DNA from: Lytechinus pictus
Lineage: Eukaryota
Direction of reading: 5' to 3'
DNA length: 64,000 nt
Assembly (NCBI RefSeq): GCF_037042905.1
Contig: NC_087251.1
Location: 19,780,001-19,844,000, forward strand
In this document: in pieces, positions 39,625-51,600 of the stretch
How the letters are laid out: each line of letters opens with the position of its first letter
How positions within the stretch are numbered: the stretch's first letter is position 1
Notes under the pieces: generated by a model
What the model was told of the DNA's origin: nothing
Seen by the model: only the letters and a program-made list of their open reading frames with translations
The model's database searches: none
Made by a program: the position numbers and the translations under genes

Positions 39625-39660
39625 TATATACATATATATTTATATATATATATATATACA
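39547..39660. repeat. (TA)n microsatellite following the duplicated ~45-bp flank
   Basis: Interrupted TA run of about 110 bp. Confidence 0.95.
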
Positions 39661-39760
39661 CATTTAAAATTCCAAAATGTCAGAAACGAAGAATAAAACA
39701 TACACGAAGACTTCATCAAACTTACTGTATTCAGTATATTTTGTTACATTGGTACTTTTA

Positions 39761-40035
39761 CTCTCTAACTGCAAAGGAGCTGAGCTGGTCGCTAATCACA
39801 CTCCTCTCAGGGTGAGATGAGGGATCAGTCTTGAAGGAATGATAATTCAATCTTTAAAGAGTGAATGTTTACCTTATTGAGAGTGATAGTGGTAAACAGA
39901 TGCACACTTTCACTCCCCAAAAAGGTAAAATGCCCTCTTGAAAGATTTAAATATCATTCAATCAGGGTTGATCCCTCATCTCACTCTGAGAGGACTGTGA
40001 TTAGGGACCAGATTAGCTCCTTTGCATTTAGAGAG
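39761..40035. mobile_element. Fold-back MITE with ~100-bp imperfect inverted arms (CxCTCTAA termini)
   Basis: CTCTCTAACTGCAAAGGAGCTGAGCTGGTCGCTAATCACACTCCTCTCAGGGTGAGATGAGGGATCA pairs with TGATCCCTCATCTCACTCTGAGAGGACTGTGATTAGGGACCAGATTAGCTCCTTTGCATTTAGAGAG. Confidence 0.85.
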
Positions 40036-41036
40036 GTTTTTGTAGGAAAAAATAGAAAAATAATGATTGAACTCAAACTGAATAGCTAGCAAACATACCG
40101 TAAGATATTAAATCGACGTTTTACCATAATATGCAATAAATTATGCGACAAATTATCAGACAAATATGATATTAAAACTATTATTACTACAGTATAACCC
40201 GAAGCTTCATATTTGTATTCATCTTTCTAAATAAAACGGGCCCACATTCCTATCATTCCACAGAACAAACTATACATCAACAATTCTTTTAAGATGTAAA
40301 AATATATCTACATAAAAAAATAAATTTTCCTGGTTTGTCCTATAATAAATATATCTTTAAAATTTTGAACCGTCGGAAAACATGGTGTTTGGGTGGGTGA
40401 ACATGTGAAGGTGTGTGTGTGTTTTAAATCATTATACTATACTGGACCTAGGATACAGAATGACATGCCAAAACATACATGTGTGAAAAGGTGTACGTGT
40501 TTTTTAAATTAAACTTTATCTGTTGTGTGTGTATGGGATGTGTGTGTGAGGGTGTGTGTTTGTGTATACAAACGTACACCTCTACTCTGGCAATCGAAAC
40601 ACGAATTTCACATTCAGAATGAGGACGGCGAAGCGATTACGTCATCGGTTTGCGGGCAATGTCAAATGGTCTCAAATCTTGTACTGGTGGGTATAGGGGT
40701 ACAAACTTATTAAGTCCTCGATTTATTCTTCGGTTGCATAGTAAAATAAATTCGTACTGACTCAAAAGTCCCTATAATATAGTACATAACTTTTCTGAAA
40801 AATGGGTCCTCATTTTCCTGCGTAAACGAGTGTGTTCGTGTGTATTTTGTAAATGTGCTATATTTCTGAATAATTCAATTTATAATGGGAAAGTGTTTTT
40901 TTTTACGATTTCATGCAAAAATTTCCCAATTCTGCGATGCTCTCTTATTACATTTTGATAATTTTTTATGTCGTGTTTTATGTATAAATGCAAAATGCTT
41001 ATTTGACTTGTGTTTTGATAAATTATTTTATACACA

Positions 41037-41555
41037 TTATTAGCCCGACTGCGTCACTATATTGATCAGAAAAATTTGAAAATTGTGTACAATGCCATTA
41101 TCCTCCCTATATTTGATTATGGTGATATAGTACATGGTTCAGCATGTGCAAAATACATCGAGCCATTGCAGAAACTTCAAAACAGAGCATGCAGAAGTAT
41201 ATTAGGAATAAGTCCATACAGTCACGTGTCTATACGTGAGTTACATGTTCGTTTAGGTTGGAAAACCTTATCAACCAGACGTTGTTGTCATCTAAATACA
41301 ATGGTCTTTAAGGCCTTAAATGAACTTGCTCCTCAATATTTAAAAGTATTTTTCCAACATACTAGTAGCCAGTATAATTATTCTCTCAGGTCCCATGGAA
41401 ATTTAATATTAGCAAAACCTAAAACAAATTATTGTAAACGTTCCTTCTCGTACAGAGGTGCTTCTCAATTCAATAATCTCCCTGCAAATCTAAAGGTCCC
41501 TTGTAGTCTCAAAGTATTCTTACATAGGCTCAATGCCTTCCTCCCTGATCTATGA
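41037..41555 (+). pseudogene. LINE ORF2 C-terminal fragment (RT thumb / C-terminal region); no genuine start codon
   Basis: LLARLRHYIDQKNLKIVYNAIILPIFDYGDIVHGSA...LQKLQNRACRSILG...LGWKTLSTRR...FKALNELAPQYL...YSLRS...PKTNYCKRSFSYRGASQFNNLP carries the motifs typical of CR1/L2-group ORF2. Confidence 0.88.
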
Positions 41556-41880
41556 AGTATTTTGAATTTGATACTGGAACCCCCCCCCCCCCATGTCCCC
41601 TATTTCCCCCTTATGCTCTAAGAGATTTTTGTAACAATTTTCTTAATAACTTGTGTTTTAATCATTGGACCCCATGGAAGAACAGTACTGTCTATGGGCA
41701 GAGCTGAACTGGGTGTCCTTCCGATTTCACTATTTATCATGTCTATCTCATATTTTTTTTTGTATATATCTGTTCTAATTTGTTATTCTTTTATACTTTG
41801 CTTTTATATGTTCATTTGTACATTCATGTTTATTTTTTTATTGTGAATTTCGGAAAATAAATAAATACAAATACAAATAC
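41037..41880 (+). mobile_element. 5'-truncated L2/CR1-group (Crack/Daphne-like) LINE with 3' UTR and (AAATAC)n tail
   Basis: Uninterrupted frame encoding the post-RT ORF2 C-terminus. 3' UTR motif GGACCCCATGGAAGAACAG...CTGGGTGTCCTTCC, then AATAAATAAATACAAATACAAATAC. ATACACAT flanks both ends (41030-41037, 41877-41884). Confidence 0.9.
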
Positions 41881-44800
41881 ACATGTACATGCATTTCATT
41901 CTTTATTTTGTTTCGCTTTATGAAGTATTGAATAACTTGTGGCTTTAAATCAAATTATATAATTTTCTTCACTTTTCCAAATGTAAAGTATATAAAAACA
42001 GGGGGAAACGGAAGATTACCTTGTACTCTAACATATATAGACATTTACTCTTCATTCATTATTTTTCCTTAATTTTTTCGTTTACATTAGGCCTTACATA
42101 CATCATACTTATGATTCTAATTTGCTGCTCGCCCCTCCCATTTGTCATATTTTATTCATTTATCTCAAAGGCAGTTATTCTTCACCAAGTGGCTTATTCG
42201 CACAAGCAGGTCTGATGGCACTTATCTAACGGTCTCTTCACTTCACTAGCTCCCAGCTGCTCCCGGTAAAATCATCCTTGATCCGTCTTTACTCCTTCTG
42301 GCGGTTCTTCTGCTAATAGCTCTTCAAAGCTTGCAATATTGAAGACGGAGGCAAACCAGAATAAATCAGCGAGGTCGGTAAAGAAAAGGGTGGAATGGTT
42401 TGTTTCAGTTCGCAAATTAATGAATTTAAGTGTACGTTTCCGTGTTTCGCGAATCATTATAGATAGATGATGTATGAGGGCTAGTCACAGTTTGGAATTT
42501 CATGCACATGGTAGAAGGCGGATCTCATCATTCCACATATTATGGATGCTTATCCACACTGTGTATCAATAGCACTGTTAAGCGCTAGAAAACATTTTTT
42601 TGTTCGGGGAATTTAGTCTTTATTGAGACGATGCAAAGTTTGGAATGGTAGAAACTTTTGAAATGATGCTAACTGTACTTACGAATTTGAAATATGCTCA
42701 TCCATTGTTAATGGTTCAGGTTTCTTGTCATAATAAGCCCCAGAGTCAAGTAATTTACTACTTATGGATATAAAATATGATTTAGTCGCATAATGACCCA
42801 TGTCCGTGTGTAATATATACATTTATATCGCAAAAACAAATTTAAATTTCAATTGATACTGAATATGAATGTCAGCAGAAATTGTTGCATAATGATAATG
42901 TTTCCATTTCATTATGGTAAGCCATCTGTAGTGTAGTATTATTAGAGGAAGGTTCTTTCTTTTTAAATAAGTGAAATAAAGTTTTGCAACCATAGATCGT
43001 CAAACTCAAGATAGCTGTACTACCTTGGCGTCTTTGCAACTGAAAGCGATATTACATCTTGCCTTTGTGCAGAATTGTGCGTTCTGAATTGTTTTTGCCC
43101 CTCTGCCCTGCGGCACTTTCAAGCTTCTTCTTTCTTCTAGACAATTGCTCAAATTCTCCATTCAGATTTCATCGACATATCCAGCAGATGAAATAATATC
43201 AATCTGAAATGCAATCCCGACAGCTCATTTCTACGTCTCTATTTATCATAGCTTTCTTCTTGCACGGTTTTTCCTTCTCTATACATTTTTTTCCATTCGA
43301 AACGACCTGACAAGAAAGGAGAGAAAGTTGAAAAGTGGCAAACTTGAGAAGGTAGGTATAGATGCCCATCTACACGTGTGCTGTTCTGTTACGTGAGATC
43401 GAGTGGCGTTAAATGTATTCCTGAGTGTGAATGCTTTCCTCTCACCCTCTCCCTTTTTTTCGCTGCTTCTACCGCTGATATCACCTTACCGTTGATATTG
43501 TTGTAAGGAGTAGTCGAGGGAGCTGTAGGTCGGAGAATGACCTCACTATCAAAACGTTCACAATTACCTGTTTGGAGAACGTGCTCGCTTTTCGAGCGAG
43601 GGTCCTCACAAACAGACGAGAGTTCGCTTCTCAAAACAGCCCTGCATACTAATTTCTGGCGGTTTCCAAGGTGACATTTACTATAACCCTCTCCTCTCTT
43701 GCTCTTTTCACGTCAGTGGAGCACTTAATTCAGATCGAGAACACATAGCACACGCCATAATGCGGCATTTATATATTTGGTGGCTCGTAGTGGCTATTCT
43801 ATGTACATGTTGGCCTTACATTTAGAGGAGAGATTGAAAAAAATGAACGAAGTGAGCAGGACGATGGGATCAGGTTTCAAAGCTGTCACACACAGTTCGT
43901 AATTTGTCAGCGCTTCTAGCAGGCAATGAACTGCGGAGCATAAATCACGCGCTTCGAGTCTTTGCTTCAATATTAAACAATCCTTACCCCCAATACTCCC
44001 CTCTCCTCTTCCCCCATCCTCCCGTACCTCCCTCCATCCTCCAGACCTCGATCATTTCAATAAAAAATTGACGGGCAAATGGCCGACGGGGGATGGAAGG
44101 GGAAACAGGTCTCCAGACGAGGTTCTGTAATCAAGGAATATTTTTGAGAGGTTGCCAATTTTCTCTGCCTGCTCCTCTGGCCCCGATGCGCCTCCGCAAT
44201 CAGGCGGTTCATTATTAGGCTTAGGACAATCCTGCGACGTTTATCTCTAATTGGCAACTGGAAGGGATGCGGAGATGTGCACGGTCCTGGTGTCGGGTTT
44301 CATCTTTTCCCACCAGGGAGAACTGTGGATGTCAACAGAAGAACCGAAGAGGCCAACCTCTCAATGTATACTCTTAATATAAAAATGTATCCAAGGATAA
44401 TTAGATGGGTGATATATATTCGCACTGTGCCTGCTACCATGATAAATCCAGTGAAAATCCCCCCCCCCCCTCTTCTTCTGAGAATGTTCAATTAAGTATA
44501 TTACGCTCCGTGGTATCATGGGCCTGTGGTGATCCCTTTTAAAATTTTAAAAAGCACAATCCTCTCATTTGATACTGGCGCTTATAATGGGTCAATCCGC
44601 AATCACTTTCGTATCATTCGCATCGGGCTAAATCGATAGAGTCTTAGCCTAAACACTTGTTGACTTATAAAAAAAAATTATATCGGAATATTAGAAATGC
44701 CAGCGTATCACTTACTCCTTTTTTTTTCACGTCAAGCTATTTCAATGAAATTTGCATTTGGTAAAAACTGAACTCTCTCTCCCTAGCCCAAAAAATATCT

Positions 44801-45571
44801 GGCAAATAACAGGCAGAATTACGGTAGGAGGCTAGACGTGTTGTTTCACATCTGTTAAAAAAAAGCAATCTTAATTTTTCATGGGGCGGAGAACAACTAC
44901 TACCTTATATATTTCCCTGAATATGAGATGTTATGTCAGCATATATATTAACCCATATGTAAACCTTGGGGATATAAGATTCAAACACATCTTTTCTTGC
45001 ATTTGAAAATCCCAGCTTTTATTTCTCCACTATTCTTGCATTATTTCTATATTCGAGAGAGGAGTTCCCTCTTTCATTTTTCGATAGCTGTATTCTGGGG
45101 CAAATACATGAATTATTTATCTTGATGGCCAAGTCAGAGCCCTTCACTCGGAGCACAGATACAAGATGGCCCCAAGGTCTTCAGTTGAGAGATTTCAGAT
45201 TTATTCTCGGTAGAGATTAGCTTTTTGTCTTTGCATGGAGAGGAGGAGCCTTCTTCTTCTTTAAAGACGTCGATCCAAAATAGTGGAATATAAAGGCTTT
45301 AACATTATTTTGCTCCTGATTTTGCTTTTCTTTTATCTCAGGTGTAAAATTTCATATTCATCTATCATTATGAATCGGTATTTTCTATTTTTTTCTCATC
45401 CATATCATTATCTGTATATTGGTATTTGGAATATGCCATACCCCTCCCCTTTTAAATATGTATATATACATGTACATATAAGTGCAATAAATGGGCTATG
45501 AGACGGTCGTAGCTTATGAGTGACCGACAGTGTTTATCAGCTCTCGGAAAATATATTTCACTATATACATA

Positions 45572-45638
45572 TGTGTGTGTGTGGGAGAGAGGGTGTGTGT
45601 GTGTGTGTGAGGGCGAAGGTGTGTGTGTGTGTGTGTGT
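45572..45638. repeat. Interrupted (GT)n microsatellite
   Basis: Three GT tracts separated by short purine-rich spacers. Confidence 0.9.
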
Positions 45639-48497
45639 ATTGACACCTGTCTCCCTCACCACTCTCTGTCTCTCTATTTTTCGCACATTAAATCAATGTA
45701 TACTAGATAATATCACAATCCTGAAATAAACATGATGTAGAAAAAAAATCACTATGTCAACTGAAAAATACCGCTCCTGAATCTATTGACCCAATCATTT
45801 TATTGTGCTCTCAATTATTCAATAACAAAGATCAAGCAAGATACCCGTTACAACCGTTGATATTCCGTCGAAAGGAATGAATGAATGAATGAAAAAGGAA
45901 ATTCCCGGTTGTGACGTCAGACACAGAACCATCTTCACTAGTCAGGAATCAGAACAGAGGTGCCTTCTGTCACGTGATACGATTAATGGCGCCGCACAGT
46001 GATACACATTTATGATGCATTGGAGATGTGTGCATGATGGTATATGCAGAGAGCGTCAAAATCTCAATCTCCCCCCCCCCCTCTCTCTCTCTATCTATAA
46101 ATCTCTCCATCCATCCACACATCTATTTATCTGTCTATCAATTTCTTCCTCTACACGATCTGTTTCAGATCTGCTTTTCCACAAACGATTTGTGAGAAAA
46201 TTCTCGAAGTACAGAATATTATTTTTAATAACCATCACTTACATTATAACAGTAATCCGTACGATCATCTAAACTATATTTACTTTATAACAGTTGATAT
46301 ACTGATATAGAAACAAAATCCAACTTATAGTAATGAGTGATACTGACTTGTTAATGCATTGTTGCCAATTGAAGAAAGAAATTCTGAACTTGAGATAATA
46401 AATTATAAAGCGACATTGCAATATTCATGTTAATATATAACTTTGGCTCATTGACTTAATACTTATTAAAATATATGTAACTGCGTGATTGTATTATGTA
46501 CTGTATGTGTGTATGAGTGGATGTATGTATTAATGGAGTGAAAGGTGGCATGACTGCAATAAACATAAATTCAGCCAATTGTGCCGCATTTTCACATTGT
46601 TTTACTTTATTTTTTTAATTAGCCCGAAGTTTAATGTCAATTAGGAAAGTGAAAATATTACGAGAAAATTATTTCCAATCAGAATGTTTAGAGATTCATA
46701 TTAAATGAAGATTCATAATTCGTAGTTTGCAATGTTCTGACGAAATTGGAACACGGGACATGTTGCGTAGAAATATGCCGATGACAGAATCAATCTTTCG
46801 CCAACAAAGCAGTTCTATATTTTGTATAATTTCTCCCATTGACGTTTGATTTATATGTATGTCACTCCTTTCTTTCCTCTGATTCCATTTATCATTATCC
46901 TTGCTTGATCTTCCAAATTGCCGGCCAGAAAGAAAAGGACCTCGTCTGGCCACTGGCAAACGCCAGTAACTAATAAAAGCGAGTCTACGCCTCTCGAAGA
47001 CTTAAAATGTACACTGTCTCGTTTAGAGAGATCCTTTGTAAATGATAAGGGATTCTAATGCCCCCCATGATTTTCATTTTCTTGTTTTGTTGATAAAACT
47101 CCAAAATTGTGGATTTCATGTCAATACGATTTTGTGGGAGAATCTGGGTTGGCATGGTTGGTGTGTGTAATACATTTCTATTTATTTTATTCCACCCAGT
47201 TCAGCTTTGGGCTGCCATATGGTTTTTTAATTAATACCTTTTTCAATTTCAAATACAAGTTTTTTGGGAAACTAGATCAATATAAGTTAGATCAATATAG
47301 GTTAAATATAAAGATGAAAAGGATGTTAATTTTTTCCTTCATTCTGCGGAGTATTCAGGAACTTATTCATGTCTATGATACCGGTGAAATACTCAACATG
47401 TGCTGTTGTTAGACGTTAACAGAACTGGGACAGTTTCTTTGCAAAATGAGATCCCCCCAAAAAAGAAATGAATTCCAGAAATTAATCCCTCCCAAGCATC
47501 TCGTTCACACTCATCGCCTCCCTTATTTTATAAACAAAAATAGACCCACGATAACTTTCCACCCGTCATATAGTCACGATGATTTGCTGAGCACTAAAGA
47601 GAATAAATAATTACGTCTTTTCACTGAAGCCCCCCAAAACGTTTCATCGTCTCTGGTCTACCAAAGTTTATCCTTTTGGTGTGAAGTGAAAATAAATGGA
47701 CAACTGCGTGAAAGACACTTTGGTATGAATGAAGTCTACAATGAGCGTTCAGCGGAAATTCGATTACTCTGAATTTGTTATTATTCGGAAACATCAGATT
47801 CATATATGTGATTACAGATAGCGCCATTTCCTGCCCTCCAGCCAAATACTGGTGAATGAAAAGGTGATATAAAAATTGTACATGTATCTATTTGGTTTCA
47901 TATGCGTCGCAGCAATCTAAAAAGACTAGTTTTTACTTTTTTTCTATGTTATACCATACAAGGGTAAAAGCTGATTTCATCTCATCCGTCTATTTTATGA
48001 CTACGCTATTAAACTCTGTGATTGTTTCCATGGTCTTGAATTAATATGTATAATAAGTTACATTATGGCTGTCTAAAAGTAAGCTATATTAATTAAACTT
48101 ATCTTTATTTATCGCTGTAGTAAGAGACCGTTTTTATTATTTTTTTCTAGGCTACACTATATAATTATGTTGATTTAATATCTCAAGGAATTAGGTACTC
48201 TTCCGCGATTATCTAATGATTGCATCTGATTTTCAATTGTCAAACTTGTTTACCTTGTCTTAACTGGGAGCAAACAGGCAGCGAAGGGAGGATATTAATT
48301 CACCTCTTCATACTATGCTAACATCATTTAATTAGAAATCAGAATCAACATTTGATTCTATTTATATTTTGTCCCCCCCCCCAACGAGATTTACTAGATA
48401 CAGCACTCGCTAAAATCTATACATAGGCAGAAGATATGTCAAAACAAATTGTCTTTCATGCTCTGTTCAAAGTGTCTACTATTCTGTAAGTCATTAA

Positions 48498-48695
48498 CAT
48501 GGGGCGGAATAAGGATTTCGGGGGGGGGGGTATTTCGGTTCAGAAAAAAATAGGTCTTCACTCCAGAATGAAGATGATTTAAAATTAATGATGAAAAAAT
48601 GTCTTCGCTTGCGTATGCCCTACATTTTTCACTACAATTATATTTGTATAGCTTTCAAAGCGGAAGGGAGGAGGCAATGGCCTGATGCCTCTCCA
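48498..48695. mobile_element. Decayed CAGGGGCG-type non-autonomous DNA element fragment
   Basis: CATGGGGCGGAATAAGGATTTCG, a G-run and AAAAAAxAGGTCTTCA motifs, resembling the terminus class of the 20390 element. The right end is not resolved. Confidence 0.35.
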
Positions 48696-51600
48696 ACACT
48701 TTTAGTACATTTTAATTTATGTTCCATTATACATGTTATATAAAACTAGGAATTCAAAAGAAGCACAATTTCGAAGGGCACGTAAACAAATTTATATATC
48801 AAAATAATATTTTTGAATACTAAAAGTGCATTTCAAGCTTGAAGGAAAATATATTTAATACGGGATTCCTGTGATGATAATTAAAAATTTGTAAAGAGAA
48901 TGGACAACTGTCCTTTATCAATATTGAAAATTGAAAGTCATCAAGTTTATATTCATGTTTCATATTCAGCGACGGTACGTGAATAATCATTCATTTGATT
49001 GTTCAACAGAATACCTATTTATTTGTGCTGTTGTTTTGTTTATCGTGTCCACTCATTCATTTATTCATTCATTCGTTTTCTGTGTATCATTTTTATTTCT
49101 ATTTTTTTATTCATGTTTATATAATCCAATTAAATTATTTAAATTTTTATTGTTAATTTCTGAAGTATTTCTTGAGGGTAGTAATTCCTGCACCCACCCC
49201 CCCCCCCTTTAGTAGGGGCTGACCAGCAATTCGTTATTCTCATAATAACGCTTTTTGAGGTCAGCTTACACTGATGTCTGAATGGTATATAGATATTTTC
49301 TTTACTCTATATTATAATAGCCATGGTAGCAAACAAACGTTTCGAATTACCGTGTGCGTGTAAAAGCTCTAAAAACAGAATGTGTAGTTAGTCAGTAGAT
49401 CGTTAAAGACTTGAGTACCATAGCAAAAAAAATGTATTTCACCTTTTGTGGTCATCTCAGTTTGGGATTTACTTTGCGCGTGTGTTTTTATTGAAAATAT
49501 GTAGACAGAGGATAGATAATTATTTCAAAGTGTACAAAGCAAAGTTACTATATGCACACAAAAAACGAAATGAAATGAAATGTGAAGCATAAATTGGGGG
49601 AAAAAATGAAATCTAACCTGGCCCTGTCTGTTTAGGAGTTTCGTATTTCACGATTAATAAAGGATTCAAAATTTGATCCTTTGATGTTTGTAGTAAAAAT
49701 AACGGTATCCATGGGAACCAAACGATTTGTTAATATATATGTATTTAGCTGAACAAGGAGACATCATCTCAGCATCATACCAACGTGTGGTGGCGCATTC
49801 CTATATTATCGAATTTATTTATTCATTTCTTCGACTTTTTACGTTCAAATGACAATTGTCAGTCATGATGATGTGCAACTAACATAAAATAATAAAAATA
49901 TGAAAATGAGAAGTGTTAAATTTACTTTATTTAGATCTAACAATTTGAGTAATAAAACAAAGGGAAGAAGGTTCGATCTATCACCAATCATATGTATATT
50001 GTGCATAATCCCTGGCATTACAAAAGATTATACGTTCATTATGTCGAACTCCGCTCATACAATGTCAATAAGATCCTCATTATAGGTACTTGGTTAAAAA
50101 ATGACTGTTAAACAATTTTTTAAGATGAGAAAGAAAAAATATGGACTCTTTGGGTTGGATAAAGCCAGGAGAATTTAAAGAGGTAAAAATACTGAAAAAA
50201 ATTGTAATTATGGTGACGACGTTTTTCGAAAATTGGTTGTAATTATTTCAAAAAATGTCCTTTAAAAAAGAGAGACAGAAATTCTTAAAAGGGGGAGTTA
50301 ATATCCAAGGGGTATTATTTTCATTCGCACTATACTGAGAATGGTATATAAGTCAACATAGCAACAACAAAACACGTGATTATAATTACTTTAGTTTTCA
50401 CTTGTATTTCGTATATCAATATTCCCCCAACTGATATTAATGTAGACACAATACATTTTTTGTGGTATTTCAATGTACTATTACCACTTAAAGATAACAT
50501 GGCCGATATACAAATTAACAAATATATTTTTACAATCATAGCTAAAAATGAATTAAAGAAACAATTTTATCAAATTATCAAATTTATTAAATGAAACCAT
50601 CTCCTCTTCATCAATAATCTCCTCTCAAGAGGCATATGTTCTGTCATATTTTCCACTACCACCATTACAGGCATGACTATTGAATTGAATAAAGAAAACA
50701 TACCTCAAAATTTGATATAGACAAAACAAGCAAACTACCTACTAGTTCGTGCACAGTTACCAAGTCATGAGGGGCGGAGTGGTGTGTCTCTTCAGTGCCA
50801 CGCACATCTGGCTAAATTCAACTCGGCAGAACTAGGCCTCCCCATCGTCTGGCTGTGAAGCCCAACGGGTATACATATTAGTCTTTTGTTTTTGTGAGTC
50901 CATCGTTTATTGGATTTAATTCGGACGCATTTTCCAATTCTGTGAGGCGGCATTGCCGTGGTCTTCCTGCATCACCTCAGTCACGGTGCGAGGTCAGGAG
51001 GTTGGAAAACGGAGGAGCTATCTGACACTAAGGAATCTTTCAGAAGCGAAAAATAGGCCCAGTCGTCTACGATCCTGGTTAGGTGATCTCAATGGTATGA
51101 TAACAAGCAAGTGCATTACACACATAAGTTAAAGACGATTAGTCTCTAAGTGTAAATAAGCACGTCTGGTATCAACAAGGATTAATAACTGAAAATATAA
51201 TTGCGTAACGCTTTTACAGTCAAGGGCGTTCGGGTAAGATTTTGTCAATCCCCATTATTTTTGTAACGAATTTATATTCATAAAATTTACAAGCAAATTG
51301 ACAGGCGAAATCCCAGTTTATTTTGATGGAATATTTCGTTTTGATATAAAAAGTATGCTTTTTGTGAGGGTGTGCACACATTCCTGTAATAAAACATGAC
51401 TTGATCGACGGAAAGACATATACTGTACAACCCAGATAGGAACATGAAAAAGTAAACTATATACTGTTCAGGACATTGAACTTAGTCATTATTCATTGGG
51501 CATTGTCACCAATAAAGCATTTGGTTATTTTCAAGATGCTGACATATTGTGTGGAAAATAACATTGATGATGATAATGATTTAATTCACACACGCAAATC

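Noticed and set aside
39700..39725. AAGACTTCATCA resembling the ribozyme arm
   Set aside because: Only ~12 nt of similarity; the rest of the motif is missing.
38642..39815. YI-repeat ORFs
   Set aside because: Translations of (TA)n microsatellites.
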